From the NCBI GenBank assembly GCA_964580005.1, contig CAZOIZ010000002.1, positions 5,308 through 69,307 of the forward strand: a stretch of 64,000 nucleotides of DNA. Reading direction: 5' to 3'. Shown here piece by piece: positions 44,215 through 54,658 of this stretch (within the stretch, counting starts at the first letter, position 1; every line of letters starts with the position of its first letter). The DNA is from an uncultured Rhodobacterales bacterium (GTDB lineage Bacteria; Pseudomonadota; Alphaproteobacteria; Rhodobacterales; Rhodobacteraceae). The notes below the pieces were generated by a model that saw nothing but the letters and a program-made list of their open reading frames with translations, made no database searches and was not told the origin of the DNA. The position numbers were made by a program, and so were the translations under genes.

Positions 44215-46773
44215 TTGGCTAAACCTAAATACACATGGCTTAAAGATTACACTCCTCCCCTTTATCGACAAAAGGCTGTTTCACTAGAGTTTTTCTTAGA
44301 CTATGAAAAAACAATCCTTAAATCCGAGATTATCTTTGCACCTAATTATGACAAACCAATAGATTTGGTGTTACAGGGAGAGAATATTCGATTGAATTAT
44401 CTGAAAATAGATGGCAAAGACGTTGAATTAGAACTCCTTACTTTAAAGAAACAGGAACTAATTATACCTAAAAAATTTCTTGGCTCACGAGACTTTCGGG
44501 TAGAGATGGAAAATGTTCTTAGCCCAACGACAAATAAGTCCCTCGAAGGGTTATATTTATCTGATGGTATTTTTGTGACACAGTGTGAACCAGAAGGATT
44601 TAGGAAAATCTGCTATTCTCTAGATCGCCCGGATGTACTTTCCACATATAATGTTAGAATACATGGGTCATATACTCACTTGTTATCTAACGGGAATCCG
44701 CTAACCGTTTCAAAAAATTACTCTGAATGGTTTGATCCATTTGCAAAACCTAGCTACCTTTTTGCGCTTGTAGCAGGTGATCTAATCTTTGATGAAGGGT
44801 CTTTTACAACTGCATCAGGCAAAAAGATAACATTAAAAGTTTTTCATAAAAAAGAGCATATTGGCAAAGCAAAACATGCCCTAAATTGCATTAAAAAAGC
44901 AATGGCTTGGGATCAAATTGCTTATGGCCGTGAGTATGATTTAGATGTTTTCAATATTGTAGCCATTGATGATTTTAATGCAGGGGCAATGGAAAACAAA
45001 GGTCTCAATATTTTTAATTCCAAATACATACTTTACGACGAAAATCTTTCTACAGACGAAGACTACGCAAATATAGAAGCAATTATTGCGCATGAATATT
45101 TTCATAATTGGACTGGGAATAGAGTGACATGTCGCGATTGGTTCCAACTATGTTTGAAAGAGGGACTCACTGTTTTGCGTGAACAGGAATACGTCGAAGA
45201 CCAGTTAGAAAAAGAAGTTTCCCGAATAAATGAAATAGATTTTCTTATAAAACATCAGTTTAAGGAGGATGCAGGCCCACTATCACATGCTCCTAGACCA
45301 AGTAAGTATCTTGAAATAAATAATTTTTATACTGCAACGGTTTATGAAAAAAGTGCGGAAATTATCAGAATGTTGAGAACAATTATTGGTAAAGATAAAT
45401 TTTTACGAGGAATGGATCTGTTTTTTAAAAGTCAAGACGGATGTGCGTCAACACTTGAAGATTTTCAAAAAATTATTGAGTTTGTATCAAAACAAAATTT
45501 AGACAAATTTTTTAAGTGGTTCCATGAATCAGGAACACCAAAATTGGTTGTTTCCGAAAGTTATACGAGAAAAAATTACAAAGTGACATTTAGACAAGAA
45601 AACCCCTCAAGGCCCGGAAAATATTCTAATAAAGTTATGCCCATAACGTACAATATTTTAAGCAGTGAGGGTCGTTTTTTACAGACTAGGAAAACGCTGG
45701 TGCTTGATAAAAAAAATTCCTCAATCGAACTGAAGAACCAAAATGAAAAACCAACATTTTCTATACTAAACTCTTTTCTCGCTCCGGTCTCAGTTGAATT
45801 CAAACAATCAATTGACGATATGTTCTCTATTTTGGAGTTTGAGACAGATTTTGTCAGTGTATGGATGGCTAAAAAGAACCTTGATTTTTTAGTTTTGGAG
45901 AAAATTGCTTCCGAACAATCTTATGCAGAGAGTATTATTTCGAGAACTCATAAAATACTGATAAATAAATTAGATAGGCCATCACTATTTGCAAAGCTCC
46001 TAGAATTACCCAGTGATAATGAGTACTTCTATAAACTGTTAGAAACAGAGACACCTGATCCTAAGACTATCCAGATAAACCTACGAAAATACAGAAGTTT
46101 ATATAGGAAATACTTTAAGGATTTCTCTATTTCCTATTTTGAGAATTTCGTACACCAGAAATTATATTTAAGAAGCAACTCAGGTTATCAAGAGAGAGCG
46201 TTAGCTTGTGCACTAATATTTTTGAATAAAGATGCAAATTATCTTAATGATTTCCTAAACGTTATTTTCTATGATTCAAATTATATGAGCTTAAAGACTT
46301 CGTGCTTAATTAGCTACATTGTCAAAAAGGATCAAATAGAAAATATCAAAGAATTCTACTTAAAGTATGGAAAAGACAAGGTGTTACTGAATAAGTGGTT
46401 TGCTATGCAAATACAATATGCGACTCCTAGCTTAGCTTTAGCTCGACTTCGCGAACTTACAAAGCATAAGGACTTCAACATGTTCAACCCAAATAGCTTT
46501 AATGCTCTGATTGGCACTTTTGCAAAAAGGAATTTTCATGCTTTTCATCAAAAAGATGGACGTGGCTACGAAGCAATAGCAAAATGGATTAGGAAAATTG
46601 ATCCAGAAAACCCTCAAATCGCAGCAAGCACTACTAAGGCTTTTGAGCAAATAAAATTTCTACCCCATATTTACAGACAAAAAGCTAAAGCAGCTTTAAA
46701 TACTCTTCCTGATAGCGACAGCCTCTCACCAGATACTTCTGAAATACTTTACAAGATTAAGGCATTTTTATAA
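44215..46773 (+). CDS. pepN: aminopeptidase N
   Basis: NAGAMENKGLNIFN and HEYFHNWTGNRVTCRDWFQL. Start placed at TTG 44215 (AGGAGG plus 5-nt spacer; MAKPKYTWLKDY), matching the PepN N-terminus. Confidence 0.9.
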   Translation: MAKPKYTWLKDYTPPLYRQKAVSLEFFLDYEKTILKSEIIFAPNYDKPIDLVLQGENIRLNYLKIDGKDVELELLTLKKQELIIPKKFLGSRDFRVEMENVLSPTTNKSLEGLYLSDGIFVTQCEPEGFRKICYSLDRPDVLSTYNVRIHGSYTHLLSNGNPLTVSKNYSEWFDPFAKPSYLFALVAGDLIFDEGSFTTASGKKITLKVFHKKEHIGKAKHALNCIKKAMAWDQIAYGREYDLDVFNIVAIDDFNAGAMENKGLNIFNSKYILYDENLSTDEDYANIEAIIAHEYFHNWTGNRVTCRDWFQLCLKEGLTVLREQEYVEDQLEKEVSRINEIDFLIKHQFKEDAGPLSHAPRPSKYLEINNFYTATVYEKSAEIIRMLRTIIGKDKFLRGMDLFFKSQDGCASTLEDFQKIIEFVSKQNLDKFFKWFHESGTPKLVVSESYTRKNYKVTFRQENPSRPGKYSNKVMPITYNILSSEGRFLQTRKTLVLDKKNSSIELKNQNEKPTFSILNSFLAPVSVEFKQSIDDMFSILEFETDFVSVWMAKKNLDFLVLEKIASEQSYAESIISRTHKILINKLDRPSLFAKLLELPSDNEYFYKLLETETPDPKTIQINLRKYRSLYRKYFKDFSISYFENFVHQKLYLRSNSGYQERALACALIFLNKDANYLNDFLNVIFYDSNYMSLKTSCLISYIVKKDQIENIKEFYLKYGKDKVLLNKWFAMQIQYATPSLALARLRELTKHKDFNMFNPNSFNALIGTFAKRNFHAFHQKDGRGYEAIAKWIRKIDPENPQIAASTTKAFEQIKFLPHIYRQKAKAALNTLPDSDSLSPDTSEILYKIKAFL

Positions 46774-46835
46774 CAATTTTTATTGATTATAAGTGTGGGT
46801 TTAGCTACTCATTGCTAGAAAATAGATGAAGAGAA

Positions 46836-48329
46836 ATGGATTTAGGAAAATCACAGTTAATAAAAGGAGCAAAAAACGATTTCGTTTTTGTAATAGGGTT
46901 GGAGGTTCACGCCCAAGTTGCATCGAAATCTAAACTCTTTTCAAGTGCCTCAACTCAATTTGGCGCTGAACCAAACTCCAATGTAAGCTTTATCGATGCG
47001 GGTATGCCTGGCATGCTACCTGTTGTAAACTCTTTTTGCATCGAGCAGGCAGTTAAAACTGGTTTGGGAATAAATGCAGAAATTAATCTTGTTTCAAGAT
47101 TTGACAGAAAAAATTACTTCTATCCTGACTTGCCACAAGGTTACCAAATTAGCCAATTATATGAGCCCATCGTTGGCAAAGGTAAAATAGCGATCCAATC
47201 TGAAGAAAAATTACCAAAAGAAGTGGGCATAGAACGCATTCACCTTGAACAAGATGCAGGAAAGTCGATCCACGACATGGATCCAACCACAAGTTTTGTG
47301 GATTTGAACAGAACCGGTATCGCATTGATGGAAATCGTTTCGAAACCGGAAATAAATAGCCCCTTTGAAGCTGTGGAATATATAAAAAAATTGCGGCTGA
47401 TAATGAGGTATCTGGAAACGTGTGATGGCAATATGCAAGAGGGTTCCTTAAGAGCAGACGTAAATGTTTCAGTTTGTGAGGTCAACACCTTTAAGATCTT
47501 TGTAGAGACTGGTGACTTTGACTTGCTTGGGACAAGGTGCGAAATAAAAAATATGAACTCACTAAAATTTATACAACAAGCGATCAATTTTGAAGCTCGA
47601 AGACAAATCAAACTCATAGAAGCTGGTAAAAGCGTTGAACAAGAGACACGTCTTTATGACCCAAGTAAGAATGAAACTCGTCCTCTAAGAAGTAAAGAAG
47701 ACGCGCACGATTACAGATATTTTCCATGTCCCGACTTATTGAAAATTGTTTTGGAAAAAGGGTGGATTGATAAAATTCGAGATGATCTCCCTGAATTACC
47801 TGACCAGAAGCAACTTCGATTTATAAACGACTTCAACATAACGCCCTATGACGCAGAGGTAATAATTGCCGAGGCATCCACAGCAACGTATTTTGAGGCT
47901 ATAGCAACAAATGCGGATGGGAAAATAGCAGCAAACTTACTCATTAATGAATTATTTGGTCGACTGAATAAAGATAACTTATCTTTTGACGAAAATCCAG
48001 TCACGGTAAACCAGATGAGAGAATTAATAAATCTTATTAAGTCAGATCAAATCTCGAGCAAAGGAGCAAAGGAGATTTTTGATCATATTTGGAAATCTGG
48101 AGGCAATCCTTCTGAGCTCGTTGATAAGTTGGGACTTCGACAAGTGCAAGATACTAGTCTCATCGAGAAGATAGTTGATGACGTTATAGCAGCGAATCCC
48201 GTCCAGGTAGATAAAGTCAAAAGCAACCCTAAGTTGGTTGGTTGGTTTGTTGGTCAAGTAATGAAAAAATCTCAAGGGAAAGCGGACCCAAAAATCATAA
48301 ATCAAATTGTCAATGAAAAACTAAAGTGA
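46836..48329 (+). CDS. gatB: Asp/Glu-tRNA amidotransferase subunit B
   Basis: VIGLEVHAQV and a C-terminal YqeY-like tail; 497 aa. Confidence 0.95.
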   Translation: MDLGKSQLIKGAKNDFVFVIGLEVHAQVASKSKLFSSASTQFGAEPNSNVSFIDAGMPGMLPVVNSFCIEQAVKTGLGINAEINLVSRFDRKNYFYPDLPQGYQISQLYEPIVGKGKIAIQSEEKLPKEVGIERIHLEQDAGKSIHDMDPTTSFVDLNRTGIALMEIVSKPEINSPFEAVEYIKKLRLIMRYLETCDGNMQEGSLRADVNVSVCEVNTFKIFVETGDFDLLGTRCEIKNMNSLKFIQQAINFEARRQIKLIEAGKSVEQETRLYDPSKNETRPLRSKEDAHDYRYFPCPDLLKIVLEKGWIDKIRDDLPELPDQKQLRFINDFNITPYDAEVIIAEASTATYFEAIATNADGKIAANLLINELFGRLNKDNLSFDENPVTVNQMRELINLIKSDQISSKGAKEIFDHIWKSGGNPSELVDKLGLRQVQDTSLIEKIVDDVIAANPVQVDKVKSNPKLVGWFVGQVMKKSQGKADPKIINQIVNEKLK

Positions 48330-48464
48330 CAAGAGGTATGCCAGCGCAGAATACTAGGAACAAACAGAACGCGATTCCTGCTAGTTACCACCATTCTCAC
48401 ATTTATCACATACCATATATCGTACTAACTAGTGAAATGCTATGAACAACTTCAGACTCTTATG

Positions 48465-48719
48465 CTATTGAAATTTTATTGATAATGCATGTATTTCTTG
48501 CATTGTTCTAGAACCTAAAGCCTTATGAATAGCTCTCTCTCTAGATACCCTAGACATTTTTTCAAATATTTTTGCGCTAATCACTATTTTAAAATGAGTT
48601 TGAGTGCCTTCCTTAAAACCAACATGACCACGATGCAATTCACTTTCATCAATAACCTCCAAAAAAGTAGGATTAAAGAATTCTCGTAGCGTCTTATCAA
48701 TTATATGAACATAATTCAT
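48465..48719 (-). CDS. bolA: BolA-family protein
   Basis: 84 aa with HRGHVGF...THFKIVISAKIF...RERAI. Confidence 0.8.
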   Translation of the reverse strand: MNYVHIIDKTLREFFNPTFLEVIDESELHRGHVGFKEGTQTHFKIVISAKIFEKMSRVSRERAIHKALGSRTMQEIHALSIKFQ

Positions 48720-48808
48720 TTATTTTATCCAAAAGGTAGAATTTTTTCTTGGCTATATTTATAATGACACTATTGTATATAGTTCCATATTTATAACAAA
48801 TAATTGAA

Positions 48809-49453
48809 ATGCAAAACAAATCTTTCCTCGATTATGATATATCCGTATCTGCTGACAAAAAAAGACGATCTAAGAAAGGTTCTGCTCAGGGAGGATTTGA
48901 GTCGTCTTTAAGAACATGTGAGGTGGATGGCTGCTCTGAAGAAGCGAAGTATAGAGCTCCTAAATCACCGAAAAATTTAGATAATTTTCATTGGTTTTGT
49001 CTTAAGCATGTCAAGGAATACAACACAAGGTGGAATTACTTCAAAAATCACTCGGAGGAAGAGTTTGAAACTGAACTTAATCTGTCGAGAACCTGGGGAA
49101 GAAAGACCAAGCCATTCGGCTCGAAGTCAACGGCAAATAGAACTCACTCCGATGGAAATTCTAGATTAAGGTTTGGAATAGAAGACCCGTATGGCTTTAT
49201 TGATGGATCATCGAAAAAAGAGCATGGCTCTACAGTTACAAAAAAAAGGCTTAATCATTCAGAGCAGAAAGCTTTATCAATTCTAGGAGCAACTGAAATC
49301 ATGACCAAAGACGAGATAAGGAAACTTTATAAAGTTCTCATTAAAGATTTGCATCCTGATACAAATGATGGGAAAAGAGATGATGAAGAAAGAATGACAG
49401 AGGTGGTCTGGGCATGGGATCAAATAAGAAATAGTAAACACTTTGACAGTTAA
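48809..49453 (+). CDS. J-domain protein with an N-terminal Cys/His-rich segment
   Basis: C-terminal J-domain IRKLYKVLIKDLHPD and N-terminal CEVDGC...HWFCLKH. Confidence 0.75.
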   Translation: MQNKSFLDYDISVSADKKRRSKKGSAQGGFESSLRTCEVDGCSEEAKYRAPKSPKNLDNFHWFCLKHVKEYNTRWNYFKNHSEEEFETELNLSRTWGRKTKPFGSKSTANRTHSDGNSRLRFGIEDPYGFIDGSSKKEHGSTVTKKRLNHSEQKALSILGATEIMTKDEIRKLYKVLIKDLHPDTNDGKRDDEERMTEVVWAWDQIRNSKHFDS

Positions 49454-49495
49454 GCAATTATCTAAATTAAAGTCGATATTAAATAAGGATTCGTA

Positions 49496-50470
49496 ATGAA
49501 AGAAGAAAATATCCCAACGAAGAAAGTTGACGTGGCTGAGGTATTTGGAATAGACACCAAAATGGAGGTTTACGCATTTGAAAGGCCGACAGAAAGGGTA
49601 CCTGAAGTAGAAGATTCCTATGTATTTGATAATGATACTACTTTGTCGATATTGGCAGGATTTGCAAAAAACAGAAGGGTAATGGTACAGGGATACCACG
49701 GGACAGGGAAGTCTACCCATATTGAGCAGGTTGCTGCCAGATTAAACTGGCCCTGCGTTCGTGTTAATCTCGACAGCCATATAAGCCGTATAGATCTTAT
49801 TGGAAAAGATGCAATAAAGCTAAGAGAAGGAAAGCAGATAACTGAATTTCAAGAAGGGATTCTTCCATGGGCCTTAAGAAATCCTTCAGCTTTAGTGTTT
49901 GATGAGTATGATGCTGGTAGACCAGACGTTATGTTTGTCATACAAAGGGTATTAGAAACCGAGGGTAAATTAACACTATTAGATCAAAACGAAGTAATAA
50001 AACCACATCCTTTTTTTAGACTTTTTGCCACCGCCAACACAGTGGGGCTTGGGGATACAACTGGGCTCTATCACGGAACTCAGCAGATAAATCAAGGTCA
50101 AATGGATCGCTGGTCCTTAGTGGTTACGCTTAATTATCTCAAGAATGAAGTAGAAGAAGAAATAATTTTAGCCAATTGTCCAGAATATAGAAATGATGCT
50201 GGAAAAAAAGATATTAAAAAGATGGTCTTAGTTGCCGAATTGACACGTAAAGCTTTTATAGGTGGAGATATATCTACTGTAATGTCTCCCAGAACGGTCA
50301 TAGCTTGGGCTCAAAATACACTGATTTTCAATGATATAGCTTTTGCTTTTAGAATGAGTTTTTTAAATAAGTGTGATGAGTTGGAAAGGTCAACCGTTTC
50401 TGAATTCTTTCAACGTTGTTTCGATATCGAACTTCCAGAAAGCATATTGTTGAAGGCTGCCTCAGAATAA
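49496..50470 (+). CDS. cobS: CobS-like AAA+ ATPase
   Basis: [15 protein letters not shown] Walker A and [11 protein letters not shown] Walker B region; 324 aa. Confidence 0.8.
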   Translation: MKEENIPTKKVDVAEVFGIDTKMEVYAFERPTERVPEVEDSYVFDNDTTLSILAGFAKNRRVMVQGYHGTGKSTHIEQVAARLNWPCVRVNLDSHISRIDLIGKDAIKLREGKQITEFQEGILPWALRNPSALVFDEYDAGRPDVMFVIQRVLETEGKLTLLDQNEVIKPHPFFRLFATANTVGLGDTTGLYHGTQQINQGQMDRWSLVVTLNYLKNEVEEEIILANCPEYRNDAGKKDIKKMVLVAELTRKAFIGGDISTVMSPRTVIAWAQNTLIFNDIAFAFRMSFLNKCDELERSTVSEFFQRCFDIELPESILLKAASE

Positions 50471-50471
50471 A

Positions 50472-52307
50472 ATGAACAATGAAAAAAAATCTGAGGCTAC
50501 TGAGGGTATCAAAAAATCAATATCGGAGACAACTAGGGCCATTTCTGGAAATGAAACCCTTAAAATAAAATTCTCAGCAGACCCTAGTGGTGATTACGGA
50601 GAAGTAATTAAGCTGCCTCAGATTAGTAAAGAACCAACTGAATTGGAAATACTAAAAGTCAGAGGGACAGCTGACTCTTTGGCTTTGCAAGCAAGATTTA
50701 AAAATGAGGAAACATTTTCAAAATATGATCCGACTGGCGAACAAGCGAAAGAAATATATCATGAGCTTGAAATAGCAAGATGCGAGTTACTTGGAGAAAA
50801 ATATTATCCTGGTTCAAAGAGGAATATTTGGCAAAAAACAAAAGTAGAAGCTTCTGAATATACTAGCCAAAACACCATGGCAGGTCAGGAAGAAAATATT
50901 TCACAACTTGCTAGGTATTTCATAAAACGTCAATTATCTGAAATGGATTTACCTTCTGAAGCATCTCAGCTCTTGAATGCAAACGAGGTTTTTGAGAGTT
51001 TAACTAAGAGCCCGGAATTTAACAAAACTGAGGACATATTTGATCAAGAAAAATTTGCTCTTTTGAGTAGAAAATTAATTGAGAGACTTGGATATGGAGA
51101 ACAGCTTGGTGAACTTGATGACGTGGACAGTGATATTGACGAGAATAATCAAGAAGAGGTAGAACAAGAAGAGGCTGGCCAGGGATCAGATAATGAAGAA
51201 AATGATGATGCAGAAAATAGTGAAGCTGATGATGGAGAGTCACAACAAAGTACAAGTGCTGATGCTGACATAGAAGATAGTCAGATTGATGAAGCTATTG
51301 AAGGCGAAGACCAAAGCGAAAATCAGATTATCCAAAATATTCAGGGTAGCCAAACTAAAGAAGCACATTACCAAGTATTTGATGCAAACAATGATCAAGA
51401 AATAAATGCCCATAAACTTGCTGATATAGCTGAATTGGAAAAACTGAGGGAATACTTAGATCAGCAACTAGATAGTCTTAAGGGTGCCGTGTCTCGTCTG
51501 GCTAATAAGCTTCAGAGAAGGCTACAGGCTAAGCAAAATAGAACTTGGAAATTTGATTTGGAAGAAGGATTATTGGACGCAGCAAAACTATCACGGGTTG
51601 TTCTAAATCCAACCACTCCCTTAAGTTTCAAGCAGGAGAGCAGTACTAACTTCAAAGATACTGTTGTTTCTTTATTGATTGACAATTCAGGGTCCATGCG
51701 GGGCAGGCCAATATCTATTGCTGCAATATCTACAGAAATACTAGCGAAGACCCTCGAAAGGTGTAATGTAAAATGTGAAATATTAGGATTTACTACCAAA
51801 GCGTGGAAAGGGGGCCAATCACGAGAAAAATGGCTAGCACAGGGACGACCAAAGAACCCAGGTCGGCTTAATGACCTTAGACATATTATATATAAAAATG
51901 CTGATGAGCCCTGGAGAAGAGCAAAGTTAAACCTTGGACTGATGATGAAAGAAGGACTGTTGAAAGAAAACATTGATGGAGAAGCATTGGAATGGGCTCA
52001 TAGGAGGCTTATAAAGAGAGAAGAGAATCGGAAAATCTTGCTAGTTATATCTGATGGAGCGCCTGTCGACGACTCTACCTTGTCTGTTAATCCTGCAAAC
52101 TATTTAGAGAAACACCTCAGACATACTATAAATAAAATAGAGACAACCAATCGAGTACAATTACTCGCTATCGGAATTGGACATGATGTAACCAGATACT
52201 ATAAAACGGCTGTTACAATTACCGATGCTGAACAGCTTGCTGGTGCAATGACAGAACAATTAGCTGATCTGTTTGAAGAACAAAAAACTAACTTAGGAAG
52301 TTCTTGA
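50472..52307 (+). CDS. cobT: CobT-like VWA protein with acidic linker
   Basis: 611 aa with a D/E-rich central tract and a C-terminal VWA domain carrying [18 protein letters not shown]. Starts 1 nt after the cobS stop. Confidence 0.8.
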   Translation: MNNEKKSEATEGIKKSISETTRAISGNETLKIKFSADPSGDYGEVIKLPQISKEPTELEILKVRGTADSLALQARFKNEETFSKYDPTGEQAKEIYHELEIARCELLGEKYYPGSKRNIWQKTKVEASEYTSQNTMAGQEENISQLARYFIKRQLSEMDLPSEASQLLNANEVFESLTKSPEFNKTEDIFDQEKFALLSRKLIERLGYGEQLGELDDVDSDIDENNQEEVEQEEAGQGSDNEENDDAENSEADDGESQQSTSADADIEDSQIDEAIEGEDQSENQIIQNIQGSQTKEAHYQVFDANNDQEINAHKLADIAELEKLREYLDQQLDSLKGAVSRLANKLQRRLQAKQNRTWKFDLEEGLLDAAKLSRVVLNPTTPLSFKQESSTNFKDTVVSLLIDNSGSMRGRPISIAAISTEILAKTLERCNVKCEILGFTTKAWKGGQSREKWLAQGRPKNPGRLNDLRHIIYKNADEPWRRAKLNLGLMMKEGLLKENIDGEALEWAHRRLIKREENRKILLVISDGAPVDDSTLSVNPANYLEKHLRHTINKIETTNRVQLLAIGIGHDVTRYYKTAVTITDAEQLAGAMTEQLADLFEEQKTNLGSS

Positions 52308-54101
52308 GTGTTAACTCACAATAAAGATAAAGGTTATAAAACAGAGTTATCAACAAAAGCAAAACTTGCTCTTTTGAGAAAAAAACTAAAAGAGTACAAG
52401 ATAGATGCTTTTTTGGTTCCTCACAATGATATGTATTTCAATGAAATTACGGCACCTTGTCACAATCGCTTAGAATGGATAACTGGATTTACTGGATCTG
52501 CAGGATTCGCTGTAATATTCAAAAGCTCGGCTATTGTATTCACGGACGGTAGATATAACATTCAGATACAACAAGAAGTAAACAAAACTTTCTTTAAAAT
52601 TGAAAATATTAGTAAGAGTCCACCTTTTTCTTGGTTAAAAAAAAATATAAAAAAAAATATTACAGTAGGCTTTGACCCTTGGCTGCACTCCATAAAGGAG
52701 ATAGAAACACAAAAGGAGGTTTTACAAAAATCTATTAAACTTAAAGCAGTTCAAAATTTGATAGATAAAGTTTGGTTGGGAAAGCCACGTGAAATTTTAA
52801 CGGAGCCTTTTTTAAGGCCGTCCAAACTATCAGGTCAAAATACAAGTCAGAAAATCAAGCAAATGCAAGAGAAACTCATCCTGCTTAAAGAGCACGGCTT
52901 CATACTTACGTGTTCTGACTCAATTTGCTGGTTGGCAAATATACGAGGTCAAGATGTTCCAAACTCTCCTTTAATGAACTGCTATGCCATAGTGTATCAC
53001 GATCATTTATGCATTTACTCTAAGAAAGATGCCTACAGAGATAATATCATCAAGCTTAGAGAGAATGTGATGTTAAAGCATTTCAATGATTTTTTTACAG
53101 ATATAAAAAAGTTAAAGAAAGTTTTATTTGAACCTACTAGTACTCCTTTTATTCTTAAAAAGAAAATCATAGGGCGGCGTGTAAAATCGGAACAAATTTC
53201 AAACCCTATATCATTGCTCAAAGCTATGAAAAACCCGATTGAATTAAAGGGTTCTATAAAGAGCCATGAAAAAGATGGAGTCGCCTTATTAAAATTTATT
53301 AGATGGTTAAAAAGTACAAAAATTGAAGGGCTTGATGAAATCATTCTCGTAAAGAAACTGGAGGAGCTTAGAAAATTTGAAGCCTCATTTTTCTACAACT
53401 CCTTCGATACCATAAGTGCGGCAGGGTCTAACGCAGCTATTACTCACTATAGGGTGTCACCTAAAAGTAATAAGAAGATAAAAACTTCAGAACTAATATT
53501 GGTTGATAGTGGTGGGCAATACCTTGAAGGCACAACAGATGTTACTCGAACTTTTATTAAAGGACGAGCTTCAACGGAACAGAAGTTTCTTTACACAAAA
53601 GTATTACAAGGCCTCATATGCTTGAGTAAACTAAGGTGGCCGGCAGGATTGACGGGAAAGGAACTGGATCCCTTGGCTAGACACTTTTTATGGGAGCACG
53701 GTTTAGATTACGATCATGGAACCGGCCATGGTGTAGGGGTTTTTTCAAATGTGCATCAAGGGCCTCAAGGAATAACAAGAGTTAATACGGTTCCACTAAA
53801 GCCAGGGATGGTTTTAAGCATCGAACCCGGGGTGTATTTAGAGGGTAAGTTAGGCATAAGATTAGAAAACCTAGTATATATTAAAAGAGGTCGCAGGCAC
53901 TTCAGGCCCAAGAATGAATTTTATGAGTTTGAAACGCTAACATTAGCTCCGTTCGAAAAAAATCTCATTGAAAAAAAGTTACTCAGCCGAGACGAGTTAT
54001 TGTGGCTTAACTCATATCATCGAAATGTCTATCAAAAATTAAGCCCTTTTTTAGGTCAACCTGACAAAAATTGGCTTAAAGATATATGTAGGATTCTGTA
54101 G
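52308..54101 (+). CDS. pepP: aminopeptidase P family (Xaa-Pro, M24B), long form
   Basis: YDHGTGHGVGVF and a SIEPG segment. The GTG start abuts the cobT stop. Confidence 0.8.
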   Translation: MLTHNKDKGYKTELSTKAKLALLRKKLKEYKIDAFLVPHNDMYFNEITAPCHNRLEWITGFTGSAGFAVIFKSSAIVFTDGRYNIQIQQEVNKTFFKIENISKSPPFSWLKKNIKKNITVGFDPWLHSIKEIETQKEVLQKSIKLKAVQNLIDKVWLGKPREILTEPFLRPSKLSGQNTSQKIKQMQEKLILLKEHGFILTCSDSICWLANIRGQDVPNSPLMNCYAIVYHDHLCIYSKKDAYRDNIIKLRENVMLKHFNDFFTDIKKLKKVLFEPTSTPFILKKKIIGRRVKSEQISNPISLLKAMKNPIELKGSIKSHEKDGVALLKFIRWLKSTKIEGLDEIILVKKLEELRKFEASFFYNSFDTISAAGSNAAITHYRVSPKSNKKIKTSELILVDSGGQYLEGTTDVTRTFIKGRASTEQKFLYTKVLQGLICLSKLRWPAGLTGKELDPLARHFLWEHGLDYDHGTGHGVGVFSNVHQGPQGITRVNTVPLKPGMVLSIEPGVYLEGKLGIRLENLVYIKRGRRHFRPKNEFYEFETLTLAPFEKNLIEKKLLSRDELLWLNSYHRNVYQKLSPFLGQPDKNWLKDICRIL

Positions 54102-54102
54102 T

Positions 54103-54600
54103 TTATTTTTTTAACGTGATTTTCTTTCCTATCTCTTTAGGTATATTGTCTACCACCAATGATGACTTAAAAATGCTGAATAGTTCTAATACTCTATCCG
54201 GATAATGTTTAACTGTGCGTGCGCTTAGGTCCATATTCATCAATACTGTCTCAAAAACAGCCGATAATTCTAATGACTTATCCTTTCGCATTTCACCAAA
54301 TACATGAACTCTTTTCGAATCAAAATCTAGAATACTTATATCCACAAAAAAGATCTCTGCCTCCAATAACTCACTAAAATAATTGTAGCTAGCTTTAAGC
54401 GCAAAAGGTCCTTCGTTATTTTTTTCAACAAAAGAAGGCCCAATCCCAAGAACATCTTCAAAGAAGAAATCTAAAGCCTTATCAAAAGCTAGAGTGTAGT
54501 AAGCTACATTCATATGCCCGTTGTAATCGATCCACTCAGGAAGAACTTTTTGATTTCTTGTCTTGTATGGGGAGCTCAAAGTTTTATTTTGGTGCGTCAT
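54103..54600 (-). CDS. hotdog-fold acyl-CoA thioesterase-like protein
   Basis: 165 aa; NGHMNVAYY near the N-terminus is typical of 4HBT-type thioesterases. Confidence 0.55.
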   Translation of the reverse strand: MTHQNKTLSSPYKTRNQKVLPEWIDYNGHMNVAYYTLAFDKALDFFFEDVLGIGPSFVEKNNEGPFALKASYNYFSELLEAEIFFVDISILDFDSKRVHVFGEMRKDKSLELSAVFETVLMNMDLSARTVKHYPDRVLELFSIFKSSLVVDNIPKEIGKKITLKK

Positions 54601-54658
54601 TTATATTTTATTTTTTTATTTTAACTGTTACAGTTAGTTTTGATTTGTGAGACTAAAG

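Noticed and set aside
48755-48796. 10-nt direct repeat ATATTTATAA (two copies 32 nt apart) in the bolA/J-protein spacer
   Set aside because: It is composed only of A/T in an AT-rich promoter region, probably -10-like elements (the first contains TATAAT). It is not statistically compelling.
51106-51326. Repetitive-looking GA-rich DNA in cobT
   Set aside because: It encodes the D/E-rich acidic linker typical of CobT proteins. It is not a tandem repeat, CRISPR or mobile element.
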